DNA from: a bacterium
Lineage (GTDB): Bacteria > Zhuqueibacterota > Zhuqueibacteria > Zhuqueibacterales > Zhuqueibacteraceae
Length of the DNA: 28,003 bases
Direction: 5' to 3'
NCBI GenBank assembly: GCA_044869275.1
Contig: JBIOXB010000025.1
Location: 1 to 28,003 of the forward strand
Every line of letters starts with the position of its first letter. Position 1 is the stretch's first letter. A model generated the notes under the pieces. It did no database searches. It was not told the origin of the DNA and saw only the letters and a program-made list of their open reading frames with translations. The position numbers and the translations under genes were made by a program. Of the stretch, positions 27,661 through 28,003 are shown piece after piece.

Positions 27661-27734
27661 TTTTTGGACAGGATGAACATGATGTACAAGATAGAAAATC
27701 AATCCCGTTCATCTTGTAAATCCTGTCAAAAAAA
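27661..27734. repeat. Palindromic element built of 9-nt units
   Basis: Left arm GACAGGAT-GAACATGAT-GTACAAGAT (27667-27692); right arm ATCCCGTTC-ATCTTGTAA-ATCCTGTC (27702-27727); flanked by T5 and A7 runs. Confidence 0.7.
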
Positions 27735-27819
27735 CAAGCTACTATGGTTGCTGTTTTCAGCTTGATTGGAAACAGGCATTAGCTTGACAATGTTAAGTTA
27801 AACTCGCGCCATCTCGATT

Positions 27820-27910
27820 TGTCATGCTGTAAGCATCTTCCCAGGCTCTGGGCACAATGCCAAATTGGGGTGTGACATTGTATCATGGGAAGATTACCAC
27901 GAAAATGACA
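27820..27910. repeat. Nested-hairpin REP/MITE-like element with TGTCAT...ATGACA ends
   Basis: Nested inverted repeats TGTCAT/ATGACA, ATCTTCCCA (27835-27843)/TGGGAAGAT (27886-27894) and ACAATG (27854-27859)/CATTGT (27876-27881). Confidence 0.6.
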
Positions 27911-27940
27911 TGCATAGAGATTTGCAAATTTGAGGTTTAG

Positions 27941-28003
27941 TTAAGCCTTTTCTTGAGATGTCATTTCGTTAAGTTCGATTTTGTAACCCAACCGTTCTAA
28001 CGC
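27941..28003 (-). CDS. Possible 3' end of a gene entering from the right edge
   Basis: Open frame ...ALERLGYKIELNEMTSQEKA* ending at TAA 27943-27941; too short to assign a family. Confidence 0.4.
   Translation of the reverse strand, partial: ALERLGYKIELNEMTSQEKA

Noticed and set aside
27661..27734. CRISPR array
   Set aside because: Units are 9 nt and inverted, with no spacers and no cas genes.

Overview
A GC-rich, gene-dense chromosomal segment from a diderm bacterium (outer-membrane barrels, a lipoprotein, a Tat substrate); the gene mix suggests KSB1/FCB-like, which is inference. Almost all genes are on the minus strand. Left to right: (1) a secreted/outer-membrane operon of two TPR+CsgG/FlgO-like paralogues, a beta-barrel and a truncated secreted protein; (2) a doubly frameshifted DUF2293 gene; (3) a membrane Ser/Thr kinase with PEGA domains, a small OM barrel and glgA; (4) a class I methyltransferase divergent from an orphan SPPY-type methyltransferase whose degenerate N-terminal half duplicates its active C-terminal half; (5) a GAF/HD-GYP, dnaG, NYN(zinc-ribbon) run; (6) a vWA plus ChlI/MoxR-like ATPase pair split by an AT-richer MNT-HEPN toxin-antitoxin cassette bounded by 9-bp inverted repeats; (7) a BNR/VPS10 propeller protein; (8) a Tat small subunit, GMC flavoprotein and nine-heme cytochrome c module; (9) a CarS (CDP-archaeol synthase)-like gene. 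Several spacers carry REP-like palindromes, some with 8-9 nt periodic units. No rRNA, tRNA or CRISPR array was seen. All calls are from motif reading only; no searches were run.
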